A DNA stretch of 64,000 nt from Ranitomeya imitator (taxonomy: Eukaryota): assembly GCF_032444005.1 (NCBI RefSeq), contig NC_091288.1:224006001-224070000 (forward strand), given 5' to 3'. Under the pieces are notes generated by a model. That model had not been told where the DNA came from and did no database searches. It saw only the letters and a list, made by a program, of their open reading frames with translations. Shown here one piece after another: positions 24,571-37,778 of the stretch; within the stretch, counting starts at the first letter, position 1, and the number at the start of each line of letters is the position of its first letter. A program made the position numbers and the translations under genes.

Positions 24571-25071
24571 CTCAGTGCCGGGTCTACCAGCAGTGAATTT
24601 GCCTCAGACGTCACAACATGCATCACCCAACTTGTAATCAGTGCCTCGAGCTGCGTTGTGTTGGTATGATAGGATATGCTTCATGTCAAAAGAATACGCT
24701 GTGATGTCTGAGGACTAAGTGTCAGCAGGACAGGTGACTGGCAGGGTAGATTTTCTTTTCACCCTATGTTTGGGGTCTGGAGAAATGCTAGAGTGTAATA
24801 AAGAGCATTCAAGGTGCACCAAATAACTTTAATGCAAATTGAACTTCCTGGACAAATTCGACTGAACGGGGGAATTTGAACTTTGGCCAATTTTCTCGTC
24901 ACTGGTAGATGATCATTCAACTCCAGCATTTGTCTATAACTCTTTCCATCATTTACACAGCAGAATCTTAAACGCTTTAACTCTTCATCAATATCTAAAT
25001 CCAAAGTAAGAACATCAGGTCCAAGAATACCGGACTGACCTGCTTCTTGCATTTTGCAGTAGGCTATCTTC

Positions 25072-26825
25072 TGTTATGGCTGGCAATCAGGCAACACAGC
25101 GTGCAGTAATCAGCGCACATACAGAGATCTGGCAATAACCAAAAACAATAGGACGAGCTCTGAGACGTGGAATCTCTGTAGACTGCAGTACCTGATCTAT
25201 CCTCACACAACTATAAGCAGCAGTGGATTGCGCCTATAACTACCTATGCAACTCGACACTGCCTGAGGAGCTGACTAGCCTGCAGATAGAAATACAAGCC
25301 TGACTTACCTCAGAGAAATACCCCAAAGGAATAGGCAGCCCCCCACATATAATGACTGTTAGCAAGATGAAAAGACAAACGTAGGAATGAAATAGATTCA
25401 GCAAAGTGAGGCCCGATATTCTAGACAGAGCGAGGATAGCAAAGAGAACTATGCAGTCTACAAAAAACCCTAAAACGAAAACCACGCAAAGGGGCAAAAA
25501 GACCCACCGTGCCGAACTAACAGCACGGCGGTGCACCCCTTTGCTTCTCAGAGCTTCCAGCAAAAGTTAATAGCAAGCTGGACAGAAAAAACAGAAAACA
25601 AACTAGAAGCACTTATCTAGCAGAGCAGCAGGCCCAAGGAAAGATGCAGTAGCTCAGATCCAACACTGGAACATTGACAAGGAGCAAGGAAGACAGACTC
25701 AGGTGGAGCTAAATAGCAAGGCAGCCAACGAGCTCACCAAAACACCTGAGGGAGGAAGCCCAGAGACTGCAATACCACTTGTGACCACAGAAGTGAACTC
25801 AGCCACAGAATTCACAACAGTACCCCCCCCTTGAGGAGGGGTCACCGAACCCTCACCAGAACCCCCAGGCCGACCAGGATGAGCCACATGAAAGGCACGA
25901 ACAAGATCTGGGGCATGGACATCAGAGGCAAAAACCCAGGAATTATCCTCCTGAGCATAACCCTTCCATTTGACCAGATACTGGAGTTTCCGTCTAGAGA
26001 CACGAGAATCCAAAATCTTCTCCACAATATACTCCAATTCCCCCTCCACCAAAACAGGGGCAGGAGGCTCCTTGTACTGTTATGGCTGGCAATCAGGCAA
26101 CACAGCGTGCAGTAATCAGCGCACATACAGAGATCTGGCAATAACCAAAAACAATAGGACGAGCTCTGAGACGTGGAATCTCTGTAGACTGCAGTACCTG
26201 ATCTATCCTCACACAACTATAAGCAGCAGTGGATTGCGCCTATCACTACCTATGCAACTCGGCACTGCCTGAGGAGCTGACTAGCCTGAAGATGGAAATA
26301 CAAGCCTGACTTACCTCAGAGAAATACCCCAAAGGAATAGGCAGCCCCCCACATATAATGACTGTTAGCAAGATGAAAAGACAAACGTAGGAATGAAATA
26401 GATTCAGCAAAGTGAGGCCCGATATTCTAGACAGAGCGAGGATAGCAAAGAGAACTATGCAGTCTACAAAAAACCCTAAAACGAAAACCACGCAAAGGGG
26501 CAAAAAGACCCACCGTGCCGAACTAACAGCACGGCGGTGCACCCCTTTGCTTCTCAGAGCTTCCAGCAAAAGTTAATAGCAAGCTGGACAGAAAAAACAG
26601 AAAACAAACTAGAAGCACTTATCTAGCAGAGCAGCAGGCCCAAGGAAAGATGCAGTAGCTCAGATCCAACACTGGAACATTGACAAGGAGCAAGGAAGAC
26701 AGACTCAGGTGGAGCTAAATAGCAAGGCAGCCAACGAGCTCACCAAAACACCTGAGGGAGGAAGCCCAGAGACTGCAATACCACTTGTGACCACAGAAGT
26801 GAACTCAGCCACAGAATTCACAACA
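25072..26825 (-). mobile_element. Non-autonomous TRIM-like chromovirus derivative (LTR - PBS - chromodomain fragment - PPT - LTR)
   Basis: 748-bp LTRs at 25072-25819 and 26078-26825, with about 4 differences by eye. The 258-bp internal region encodes only VEGELEYIVEKILDSRVSRRKLQYLVKWKGY. TSD ATCTTC at 25066-25071 and 26826-26831. The U3 end is homologous to the LTR of 3350-9156. Confidence 0.93.
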
Positions 26826-27496
26826 ATCTTCAGAATCACTTGTTCTGCTGGTTCCATGATCCGTACATTTGTTGGATTCAAGCTTGGCTGGCTGGATTGT
26901 GAACCATTCTCAGCCTTCTTTAGTGGTTTCTTCTAAGAGATGATCTCAAGGACAACCTCTGCTACTCTCCAACTTATTGCCCCTCTCTAGAATAGTCCTG
27001 AATCCCACCCTTCACAAATCTGGTGAATTGCCTTGTTTTGCACATCTTTATTAAAGACTCTAAAGATTATATTTTGTGACAAAGGTTTTTTCATAATTTT
27101 TATTTAATGAAGGACAATGAAAAATGTTATGCATATCAGGACGATTAGTTAAAAAAATGGATGGAAGGTGAGTGGTGTTTAAGGATTTCTGATACCTAGA
27201 GGTCAAGACCATGACTTGCGTGTGATGATCACATTTACAGCCAGCTATGCAAAGTCTGAAAGAAATTCAATACATCCATAGTTTCCATACAAGAAAGGCT
27301 ATGCTAGACCATAAAAAGAAGAAATACTCGTGCAGCTGGATGGAGATGTGAGAAAGGTCTCTGATCATTTCCTTGGGGACAAGGGGCAAATATGTGACAC
27401 GATACTCTGCCACCTGAAAACTGGATATTGAACACATTATCCAACAGAAGCAGTGAAGGTTGTAGATCTGAAGGTCAGAGGCGTCTTCTCCAAGTC

Positions 27497-28411
27497 ATGG
27501 ACACCATTCAGCTATCGACTCTAGCTTGTATTACAGTAGTGATATTTGAAGCCGGTGCTGGGGTCCTGTCCAGTGTCTACGTCATCATCATAATTCTTCT
27601 TGATTTTCATAAAAAGAAAAACATGAGGACTGGAAATAAGATCCGGATCGCTCTGGGCCTGTCCAACGTCTATTTTTCCATCATAACAACTGCCAATGTC
27701 TTCAGTGGTTTCTATTGGCCCACGAAGCAGAGGAGAACCTTCACTACTGACATATTGTACCCGCTCACCATGTATTGCATCAGCTCGTGCTCCTGGCTGA
27801 GCGCCACTCTCAGCTTCTTCTACTTCGTCAAGATTGTCAACGTGAGGAACAGATTTTTAGTTTGGGCAAAGACAAATATCAGCTCCACTGTATCTTGGGT
27901 TATTCTGGTGGCAGAACTTGTATCTTTGGGGAGCTTTTTCAGTGTATTTTTTATCATTGTCCCTCCAGCATCAGTGAATAACGCTTCCGTCTCATTTAGC
28001 GCTTTTGGGGTGAGAGAACTCAGACGCCAATTCATATATATAGTCATAGTCGTCACTTTCCTGCCTTTACTCACTGTTTTGGTCACCACTATCTCCACGG
28101 CTGTGGTCCTTAGGCGGCACACGCTAAAGATGGAGCAGAACATGGGACCTTCGGGCAACATCCAGCTGGGAACATACGGAAGCGCTGTCTTCAGGATGCT
28201 GCGGCTATTGTTCTTTTTTTCTCTGTTTTTTGCTGACATGTTGCTCTTTTATTTGCCTGTTTTCACAGAGATGAGCCCAGGGTTTTGGGTATCTCTTATC
28301 CTCTTGTCCTCATTTACTTCGGTTCAGTCTGTGCTTCTTGTCGTTGGTAACCCGCAGCTGAAGAGAGCATGGAAAGAGCTGATGAAGTGTGTGAGGAGCT
28401 GTAGACATTAG
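27497..28411 (+). CDS. TAS2R: Bitter taste receptor (TAS2R family), intact, 304 aa from ATG 27497
   Basis: LGLSN, CSWLSATLSFFYFVKIV, FLVWAKTNI, LRRHTLKM, QSVLLVVGNPQLKRA; 7TM; single exon. Confidence 0.93.
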   Translation: MDTIQLSTLACITVVIFEAGAGVLSSVYVIIIILLDFHKKKNMRTGNKIRIALGLSNVYFSIITTANVFSGFYWPTKQRRTFTTDILYPLTMYCISSCSWLSATLSFFYFVKIVNVRNRFLVWAKTNISSTVSWVILVAELVSLGSFFSVFFIIVPPASVNNASVSFSAFGVRELRRQFIYIVIVVTFLPLLTVLVTTISTAVVLRRHTLKMEQNMGPSGNIQLGTYGSAVFRMLRLLFFFSLFFADMLLFYLPVFTEMSPGFWVSLILLSSFTSVQSVLLVVGNPQLKRAWKELMKCVRSCRH

Positions 28412-30912
28412 AAATAAAGGTGGCCCAGGAGACATCAGGACATGAGGACATCAGGACTGGGTACTGTGCTAAGCATGAAATGGCAGAAAACTAAGGATAA
28501 ACGTTGGGCACTAAAGATGGGAGAAAACAAAATTATCTGGATGCATCATTAATTTCATGAAAATTTGGGATTTTCTAGAATTCGGAATTTTACAAGATTG
28601 GATACAAATGAATCAAAAAACATGGCAGCCAAACGAGTCACCATTGTGCTGGATTTTTTTTTTGAAGGCCAGGACAAGGTTGGAAATTAGTAATACATCA
28701 TAGTCACCTGTCCTAGGCCCCCATCACTTGTCCTCCTTTGATTGTCTTCTTCAGTTTACTCTACCTGACTCTACCTCATGTGGTCACGTGGGGCAAGTAA
28801 GAATTCAGAATATAAAAAGTCTTTTTGGAGAACTTAAGATTTATTAAGAACTTTATAGGCAATTTTGACGAATCAAAACCAAATTTTCTAAAGTTTGCTC
28901 TTGTTTTGTGGTTCCATCTGTGAAGGTTCCATGAGGTTCCTTGGCAACCAATGGAAGACTCTGGACTTGTTTCCTCTATCTATAAAGTGAATATTGATGT
29001 AAGAAAACATAACAATAACGTTTACTTTTCACAATTTGGACTCATTTTAGTAGGTTTGTGCCATTTCTTTTTGATACTGTAGACATCATGCATGAAAGGT
29101 AAATATAATAAAGGTGTAATACTCTTGATCACAGCTGACGTATTGTCCAGGTGTCGTCTTGCTGAGGCTCTTTGTGGTTAATATTGTCCTATGAGGTTTC
29201 TGAGACATATGTGTATGTGATCATGTAACGCTGTGTTGGCTTTCATAATACGAGTGGTGATAACGTGGCATGGAGAGAAGATCTGAAGGAATAGAGGGAA
29301 TCTTATACCCGGTGACCTGTGGTGAATACAGAATTTGGGACAGAGAATGGTGAATAAAGAATGGTGGATAAAAGAATGTAGGATAAAGAATAGTGGACAA
29401 TGAATAAACAATAAATAACAAGTGAGTGGTAATGAATAAGACTATGAATGGTGGAGATCAAATGTTGGATGATGAATCATGGATAATAATTGAGAGATAA
29501 CAAATGGTTGGTAAAGACTGCTTGATAGTGAGTGGGATGGAATCTCTGGGAATCTTCACATTTTTGGAACTTCTGAACAGTTTCAGTTATTTAGAATAGA
29601 TTCGCTCATCTTTGGTGTTACAGTATTTTTTCTTTTGACCTTACAAGGAACCTGCCATGTTGAAAATGCTATTTGACCTGTAGGCCGGATGTTATAGAGC
29701 AGGAGAAGCTGGTCAGATTGACATACATTTCATTCGGAACCTGTCGTGTTGATCATGGAGTCCGATTTGTGGACAGCGTGGCGTAAAGAAGCAGAAGCTC
29801 AGTAGCTTCTCATTCTTTATACCATGCTGTCCATAAATCAGGTTCCATGATCAACGTGACCGGTTCCCTCTTATGGTGTCTTTGCAAATGGTTATCCGAC
29901 TGACTGTACATCGTGGATATAAATCCTTTCCCTTCTCCCCCAATTCTAATGCAGTCCGAATAGTACAGGAGACACTTTACCTGTCAAGACCGAACTGGAG
30001 GAAATGTTAGACCAATATCTCAATGAATCCAAGCTTCTAAAGACCCTTATCCAAGAGAGTAAAACCATCATCCTAAAACCTCAGGCAGCTTAACGTTTAC
30101 AACAATTAGATGCAATGGATGCACAGGTGATGACTTGTGCCCGACCTCACAATCGTAGCTAAGGTTAGGACAGATTGTCTATATCCAATGCCCAAGTCTA
30201 CCGCCTACACCAAAGGTAGGGCACAGCAACCAGTAATATGTGCTGCCGAATTTCCTGGGGGAACCTCATCTTCTTTCCCTTTATGTGCTGCAATTGTGCA
30301 ACCAAGTCGAATAACCAAATGGATAAATCAGGTGGTGACTATAATGGCAAGAGGGATGGATGAGGCAGAGTAGGTAAATATTTCCCATCTACTAAACACT
30401 GATATGAGAATTTAGGGTCACGATGTTCCAGATATCTATCGTCATTCATCTACAAGATCTGGTGAGAAGGTCTTCATGAAACGGAATACTCCACATCAGG
30501 TGATTCAATGAGGACATAAGACACGGTGTGACCTGTCGAGCCTTCCATGGCGGTGACAAGTGTAAGCCTATAACTCTGACGGGCGCAGGCGGTTCCCCCA
30601 TCACATTGCTATGAATCTGCCAGCTGATGACACTGATGACACCACCGATAATCCACTGCTTAACACAGATTCTCTGCTTGAGTTACCATGAAAAACTAAA
30701 GCTCCCTGGACGTCAACGGAATGGAAATCTCTTGCGCATTTGCATGTATCTTAATCAGAGGATTAAAGAATGAAGTGTGATTCCACCCACTGATGTCATG
30801 GGGTAGATTATGCAGGAGGTTAATAGGGAGGGATCGTGCGGAAGTTCTGCATATGTCTTCGTTTTGACCCTGTGGCTTGTGAACTTCTTCACCGGCCAAT
30901 GCTTCCATTAGG

Positions 30913-31839
30913 ATGGGCTTGGACAATTTTTATATTCCACCATTTGTGGAGTCCTTCCTTTTCGTCCTTATGATTGAGATTTGTACTGGCGTATTCACCA
31001 ATGTCTTTATCGTGGTGGTCAATGTCCATGACTGGCTGAGAGGACAGGCCTTGAACTCCAGTGATCATCTGGTGGTGTCCTTGGCTCTCTCTAATTTTTG
31101 CTTCTCTTGTGTCAATGCTGCCACCACAGTGTGCGTCATCTTGTTCTCCAGCATTTTCTTAGTGGATTATGTCTTTTATACCTTGTACAGTATCATGTCC
31201 TACAACATCTTCTCCACTTCTTGGCTCTCAGCATGGCTCTGTTTATTCTTTTGCGTAAAAATCATCAGCTTTAAAGATGGCTGTATGGCGTGGCTGAAGG
31301 TGAACATCACAACGGTGGTTCCATGGCTGATATTTTTTTCCCAAGTTTTCTCCATTGCCTCCAGTCTCCCGTTAATTTGGACCATCATGACAGTGTTTGC
31401 CCCGAATTCCACAGATGGGTTTCAGGCCAATGGGACATTACCAGTGATTGGGTATAAAATTAATGACACTTATAATGCTTTTTCCCTCCTCATTAATTGC
31501 TTTATACCGTTCATATTTGTGATGGTGACCACTGGCACTATCATTGCATCGCTCTGTGCACATGCCCGTCATATGAAACAGAACATGGACAACCATGGTC
31601 CAAGCTTGAAGGCCCACCAGAACGCTGCCATAACCATGATGTCTCTCCTAATTCTATATCTCATGTTTTATGTGGTAGAAATTGGCCTTGGCTTCCTCTC
31701 CATGATGGATCCATTATACTGGGTCTGCTTTTTACTGATTTATTCTTTTCCCACTTTACAGTCCATCATAATTATTAATGGAAACTCTAAGCTGAAGGAG
31801 ACGTTTCACAAACTGCTAAAGATCTGCAGAAATAAATAG
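30913..31839 (+). CDS. TAS2R: Bitter taste receptor (TAS2R family), intact, 308 aa
   Basis: GVFTNVFIV, DHLVVSLALSN, SWLSAWLCLFFCVKII, PF..SLCAHARHM, SLKAHQNAAITM, QSIIIINGNSKLKE; N-glycosylation sequons in ECL2. Confidence 0.95.
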   Translation: MGLDNFYIPPFVESFLFVLMIEICTGVFTNVFIVVVNVHDWLRGQALNSSDHLVVSLALSNFCFSCVNAATTVCVILFSSIFLVDYVFYTLYSIMSYNIFSTSWLSAWLCLFFCVKIISFKDGCMAWLKVNITTVVPWLIFFSQVFSIASSLPLIWTIMTVFAPNSTDGFQANGTLPVIGYKINDTYNAFSLLINCFIPFIFVMVTTGTIIASLCAHARHMKQNMDNHGPSLKAHQNAAITMMSLLILYLMFYVVEIGLGFLSMMDPLYWVCFLLIYSFPTLQSIIIINGNSKLKETFHKLLKICRNK

Positions 31840-34800
31840 AAATCTGAATAATCTGCCATGTCGGAGTATGCAGCAGCTGCAGGCTTATGCTGGATGACTG
31901 TCCTGAGCAGACAGCAGATGATGTGTGAACTGTACTGTATGTTTGCTGATATGTATAGTAGTTCCTCTAGACTGAACTGTCTGACTTCTCAGCTTTATTT
32001 GTGTCACACTGGATCCTCCATGTTGGGATCATGCAGATAAAGGGCGATGTATGTCCCAAGGAAAACAGTTAATTCTTCCCGAATGTCCGAGTGCGGATTA
32101 TTCTGCCGAATGCTGAAATCTGCAACATGTCAGACTAGAGAAAAGTTCACCTCGGCTTTTCATCTTGATCAGGTGTAAATTGTTGCAGTCGGTCTCTGGG
32201 TAATCGGCTGTTGTGTTGTGATGGTTTGGTTATGGTGATTCCTTCTTCTCACCATGTCACATACTCTTCTCAGGACAGGCGCTGGACGTCCTCCAGGAGA
32301 TCCTCTGGGATTGATCCTACACTTCATAGGTTCAAGCTCTTTGTCCTCGTTCCTATTAGGAAATCTCTTGAAATTTTAATTTCTCAGCTCTGATGAATTT
32401 TTCCTAAAAAATAGAAGAAGGAAAAGCCTCCAATTGCCCTGGAAAGACGTGCGATGTTCTGGGGTTTCACATTTCTATTTAACACCAACACAGCCTTAAC
32501 AAAGTCCGAAAATGCACATGGCTTGGTAACTATCAGCCTCTTTCACGCACTGATCTTTCTCACTGCTGTGCGGTCGTACACAATATCTGGACAGTTAGTT
32601 TAGGGTTTTATGGATTTCTCTATCTATTGTCCTCTCGCTATCCATATTCACAATAAAATGGCTGCTGCATTCCCTGTCTTGGCTTTTATACTGGCTGTGA
32701 CTCCGAATTGTCTGTGCTATAACATGTGATCTGATAGTTATAAAGCTTTATGGAGAAGCCCGTCCTCCAGTCACGCTGCGTTTATGTGATACGTCTCTAG
32801 CTGATGTAATCTTATGCAACCTGTAAAAGCCTCAGCCATTTTAAATATTTTGCCTGAACAAAACCTGAAATTGTTCATTTTCATTGGGTCTAAGGAATTC
32901 CCAAAAATTCAACACAAATTTCATTTTCATTGAATGTATTTGCTGATCTCCACTTGTCTCAATCGTTGCGGAAATTTGTGATTTTGGTCTTGACTACGAC
33001 TTTCCTCATTCAGCACCTTCTCTATAGCTGCACCCCGTAATGTGAAGACCCGTCCCACCTCTGCTCTCGCGGCTGGAATTCTGCTGTATGTAGTGTTTTA
33101 TATGTCTCTTATAAGGGACGTTTTCATTGTTCGTTTAGCTCTCACTATGAATGTGAGCAAAAAAAATCTTTACAAATCCGTTGAGTCTTTTGTCCGTAAT
33201 GAAGGATTGTGAGAGACAGTAACGTCTGCAAGGAACCGACGTCTCCTCACACTGAAGAAGATGAATATTTCGGCGAGTTTTCCCTTATTTGTGTCTGACA
33301 AATCTGTGGAATGCCACATTGAGGATTTTTGATTGCTCTTAATCACGAGATATGAGTTGATGTCACTGGTAGACCTGGGCGTCTTGGAGTTTGGGAACGT
33401 GAACGAGCTCATTGGTCTAGCCTTAACTTTGATTTGATAATTTAACACAGAAGATCTGAATTAAAGACCCAACATTTTGAAATCCAAATTCGACAGCTTT
33501 GGAAAATTTGAAGAAGAAATTAGATTTGTGACAAATTGATTTGCTGTCAATCACAACTTCTGGAAAGACGTATTACACTCTTGAGCCTCTTTCAAGCGCT
33601 GTGTCCCAAACTGGGCCATGGCAATGTGAAAGTGACCTCAACGTTTCTGGCTATGGGTAAATCTATGGGGCTGTATGTCACTGCCGCGTTGTCACGCACT
33701 GTCTACAATGTTTATGTTCTGAGCTGCGACGTCCTCTCATTATTCAGATTCTTCATAAAATGGCTTCTGCAAATAGTTCAAATTCACCCTGTTCAACCAT
33801 TTCCCCCAAAATTGACACAAATCCTATTTGCCCTGCATCACTTTGCTCATCTCTAATTGGAACACGTGCTTCTAATTAGTTGTGGTCAGAGAATGATGAC
33901 ATGATTGGATGCTTTGAGCTTGGTCCACATGCAGCCGCCAGGTCACACGTGTCCTCAGCTACAGGCTCTTAGGGCCCAATTCATTATTGCACTTGCGCCT
34001 GATATTTGTCTCGTTTCGTTGGTTTTCACATTTTTATTAATTGCAGCTAATTCTTCTCTCATATTCACCATTGTGGGTGGGTTTGGGGGCTTACAGATGT
34101 TTTCGGCTGATTCGCCAATTGTAACTTAAAAAGTCATAATTTTTTTTTTTGCATAAATATATTTCAATTTTCCCCTGGAGTGATTTTCTGTTCGGTCAAA
34201 AATTTTGGCCCAAATTTTGTGATATTGTAGTGAAACATGCAACTTTTTGTGCTAATAAAAGATTAAAAACAGAAATAAAGAACTTTTTTTTTTATTTTAC
34301 GCAAAATTCATGAACCAAGTGAACTCCAAAACAGGCACAAAAAATGAAACCCAATGCCAGAAGATAATAACAAAAGTGACTTAAAAAAAGCCACAAATGA
34401 TGAATCAAGCCAAAAATGCATCAAATTATGGCTCAAACTGCATGAAAGATTGGGGGTTTATCTGCTTTTTGCAACTCTTTAAACAACCTTGGAAAGTGTC
34501 TGTGACGTGTGCCACATTTAATAAGCAGATGCACCACAATATTGGTACAATCAGTGTAAAGAAAGCTCAGCTGAAAGGTGGCAAAAGGAAAAGAAACCTC
34601 GTCATGATGCGTGAGAACTGAAAAAGGAAAGATATGTACTGTATCTTTGTGCCGTGTAACCAGTAGATAGAAAATTATTTAGAATTGAGAGTCCTCGGTT
34701 GTTGACACCGTTTAATGTCTGACTTAAAAGATGGTAACAAATTGCAGCTTTCGAGACTACACAGGTCTCTTCATCAGTCATAGAATAACACAAAACCTGA

Positions 34801-34963
34801 AGATTCAGAGCAGATAAGGAGTGGTTATATACAGGTGCTAAGGAAAAATATCTTAATAGTCTCGAAAAAAATGTTTGGAAAAACAGTGTGCCGGATTTTT
34901 TTCGAGACAATACCTGAAGAGTCACTTTTTTATACACAACAGGACACAAGAATAATGCGAAAG

Positions 34964-35130
34964 ATTATTATTATTATTTATTGTTATAGCGCCATTTATT
35001 CCATGGCGCTTTACATGTAAGGAGGGGTATAATATACATAATAAAAACAAATACATTAATCTTGAACAATACAAGTCACAACTGGTAAGGAGGAGAGAGG
35101 AACCTGCCCACGAAGGCTCACAATCTACAA
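34964..35130 (-). mobile_element. L2/CR1-type LINE or SINE 3' tail
   Basis: Minus strand TGTAGATTGTGAGCCTTCGTGGGCAGG...TGTAAAGCGCCATGGAATAAATGGCGCTATAACAATAAAT(AAT)n: terminal stem-loop plus simple-repeat tail. It is inserted into the left arm of the foldback. Confidence 0.6.
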
Positions 35131-35516
35131 AGATAAGACAAGTGACGTGAAGCAGAACTATCATCATGGGAGAGGGATAAACAGTTGTGGCTGTAAATAT
35201 TGCATCAGTTCATAGAAAAGGAGGGTGAAAGTTTTATTGTCCTGTGATTGAGGTCTGGTCCATGGTCCTGATGCCTCCACAAGGTCTGAGGAGCACATTC
35301 CTTGGTTGATGTAGAAAGACATAAATCCATGCGACACATTCATTCCTGCACTGAGAGTGTCAAACTCTTCTGTCTCTCTGAGATTTGAAGTTACCTTTTA
35401 ATACCAGTAATTTTATGTCCATGGTGCTGTGATCAGGGATACAATAGTGTTTGGTCACAGGTAGATCCATTCTTTTTCTCTTTTATTGTGTGGCAATGAG
35501 AATTTATTCTTGTGTG

Positions 35517-36066
35517 CGTCATGATCCATTCCGGAGTTTAGTCCTGTCTGCTCTTTCTCTGGGTGGATCATTTCAAGGGTTAACTTTTTTCTGCCTCATT
35601 CTGGGCTCGGGTTTGCTATTTAGCTTCCAGGTATCCTATAGCTCTGTCTTTGGCGTGTGAACCTGACTCTGGAAGCCCTTGATTTGTCCTACTGTGAACC
35701 CTGACTTGTCCTGTGTCTGTTATCTCCCCCTGCCTGCCCTTTCCCAGTGTCTCTTTGTTTGTCTGTATATCTGCTTGACTCCCTGGTTCTGATCTCTTGG
35801 CTTGGCTTTTTGACTCCGTTTCAGTTTGTCCCTATTGTACCGTATTTTGCCCGTCCTGGTTTACTGATCCCTTGCTATGTCCTGACTATCCATTCTATCT
35901 AAATCCTTTTGTACTGTTGTGCTGTCTTGTGCTCTGACTTGGTTTTCCTGACCTCGCTCTCGCCACTAGGTGGCGTCTGTTCAGTTGCTCTGTGTGTGCA
36001 GTCTGGCTTCGATACCAGGCTCCCCCTGGTGGAGGTTGCGCTATACTGCACTGCAGCTGCATGACT
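35517..36066. mobile_element. Older solo LTR (550 bp), same family as 37779-38325
   Basis: CGTCATGATCC...CATGACT eroded termini; imperfect TSD GTGTG/GTGTT; shares GGGTTAACTTT..CTGCCTCATTCTGGG with the second copy. Confidence 0.65.
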
Positions 36067-37778
36067 GTGTTTTTTCCCCAGATCCCATCACAACCCTGGA
36101 CCAAACCTCAATCACAGGACAATAAAACTTTCACCCTCCTTATCTATGAACTGTTCCAATATTTACGGCCACAAGTGTTTCTCTCTCTCCCATGATGATC
36201 GTTCTGCTTCACGTCACTTGTCTTATCTATTGCATTATTCTGTTGTGTATAAATATGTGACTCTTCAGATTTTCTGTCTATGCCTGATGAAGAGACCAGA
36301 GGAGTATTGAAAGCTTGCTATTATGTTACCATTTTTTCACTCAGCCATTAAAAGGTATTAACCACTGAGAACTCTCAAATTGTAATATTTTTCGAGAACT
36401 GCAAGAAAGTTTTGGACAAAACACTAATCTAATAAAAGAAAAAACATGTAGCAAGATACCACAAATCTGTCATGATAATGTTCAGCCTCAACTCCATGAC
36501 CACAGACTGACACCAACACAGACAAAAAATTTTTTTTCAAAAACAAATTCTGAATAGTGACAGATAAAATCTTTTGACCACATCAGTCTTGGCTCTAGTC
36601 ACTCTGTTTATCAGATACCTGCAGAAACTTCACCCTTCAACTTCTATGGAGTGATTTAGACTTTCGACAGGGGTCCCCGTGGTTGCCTGCTGGCCGGTGG
36701 AGCGAGTCTAAGGCAAGAGGACATTAGCTAGCCGGACAGTAGCTGGAGGAACAGAAATAAGGACAGAATCATGAGGCAAAACAAAGTTATGGAAAACATT
36801 GAGGAAAGATACCAGTTGATCAGTCAAAGCATAAAAAGACATCCAAAGTCAGGATCAGAGGATAGTAAAAGCAGACATAGTCATGGTCACAACAAGCCAG
36901 ATGAAGATCAGGGTACATCAACAAGAAAAAACACCACAGTCCAGGGAGTAACGCAGGCACAATATCTGGCAACTCCCAGCAGGTTAGGTAGGATGTGGTA
37001 CTGCCACATAGGCCTCAGCAGGGCTCTGTGTACACCTGCTGGCCTAGTGGACAGAACACACACCCGTCACCTTGACTGGGCAGCAGCACAGGTCCTCAGC
37101 CTCACCAATTCCTGGTTTCTCCTGTGTCTCCCAGAGATAGCAGCCATGACGTCTCCTCCATCCCAAGCTCTCCACAGGGTGGCTACTGATTTTGCTGGAG
37201 AAAGGTAGAGATGTGACGTGAACAGGCACTAGAGATGTACAAACCTTTTGAAATTCAAATTCAACAGCTTTGGTGACTTTTTGCAAATTGACCATAATAC
37301 TATTAATCTGAAAAGTTGTGTTAGCTCCGAAGTTTCCTAGGCGATTATACCACTCCTTACAATGTCTTTCACGCAATGACCAGCTCAGGAGAGAGAATTC
37401 TATGGGTCCGCTGACCCAGCAATGCTAAACGCGAGATCACCACGAGCAGAGACACGGACTATGCTACTCCTTCCTGGATGGCGGCGCTATACCATTATTA
37501 CACCTAGAAAGACTGCACAAACCATGAATAGAAACATATAGCTTTATTATTGACATATGAAATTATACAGAACATGTATATGTGCATGGAGACGCCATCC
37601 TAAGACATCAATCCAGAAATGAGGGGCTCTGTTTGCATTAATCTTATGGATCAAAATAGATCTAAAATTGCTCTAGAAAACAACAAATCATATATAATGC
37701 TGAAGGAAAAAAAGAGCAGACTAAGGGAAGGATGAATGCCCAAAAAATAGTGGACTGTCCTAATATATAGATTGTATT

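Larger units (their letters stand above)
34668..36395. repeat. Inverted-repeat (foldback) pair of a Penelope-tail-like element, each arm carrying a hammerhead-like core
   Basis: About 34668-34800, 34915-34960 and 35131-35170 are the reverse complement of about 36185-36395. Cores are CTGATGAAGAGAC..GAAAGCT at 34777-34741 (minus) and 36281-36319 (plus). Confidence 0.7.
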
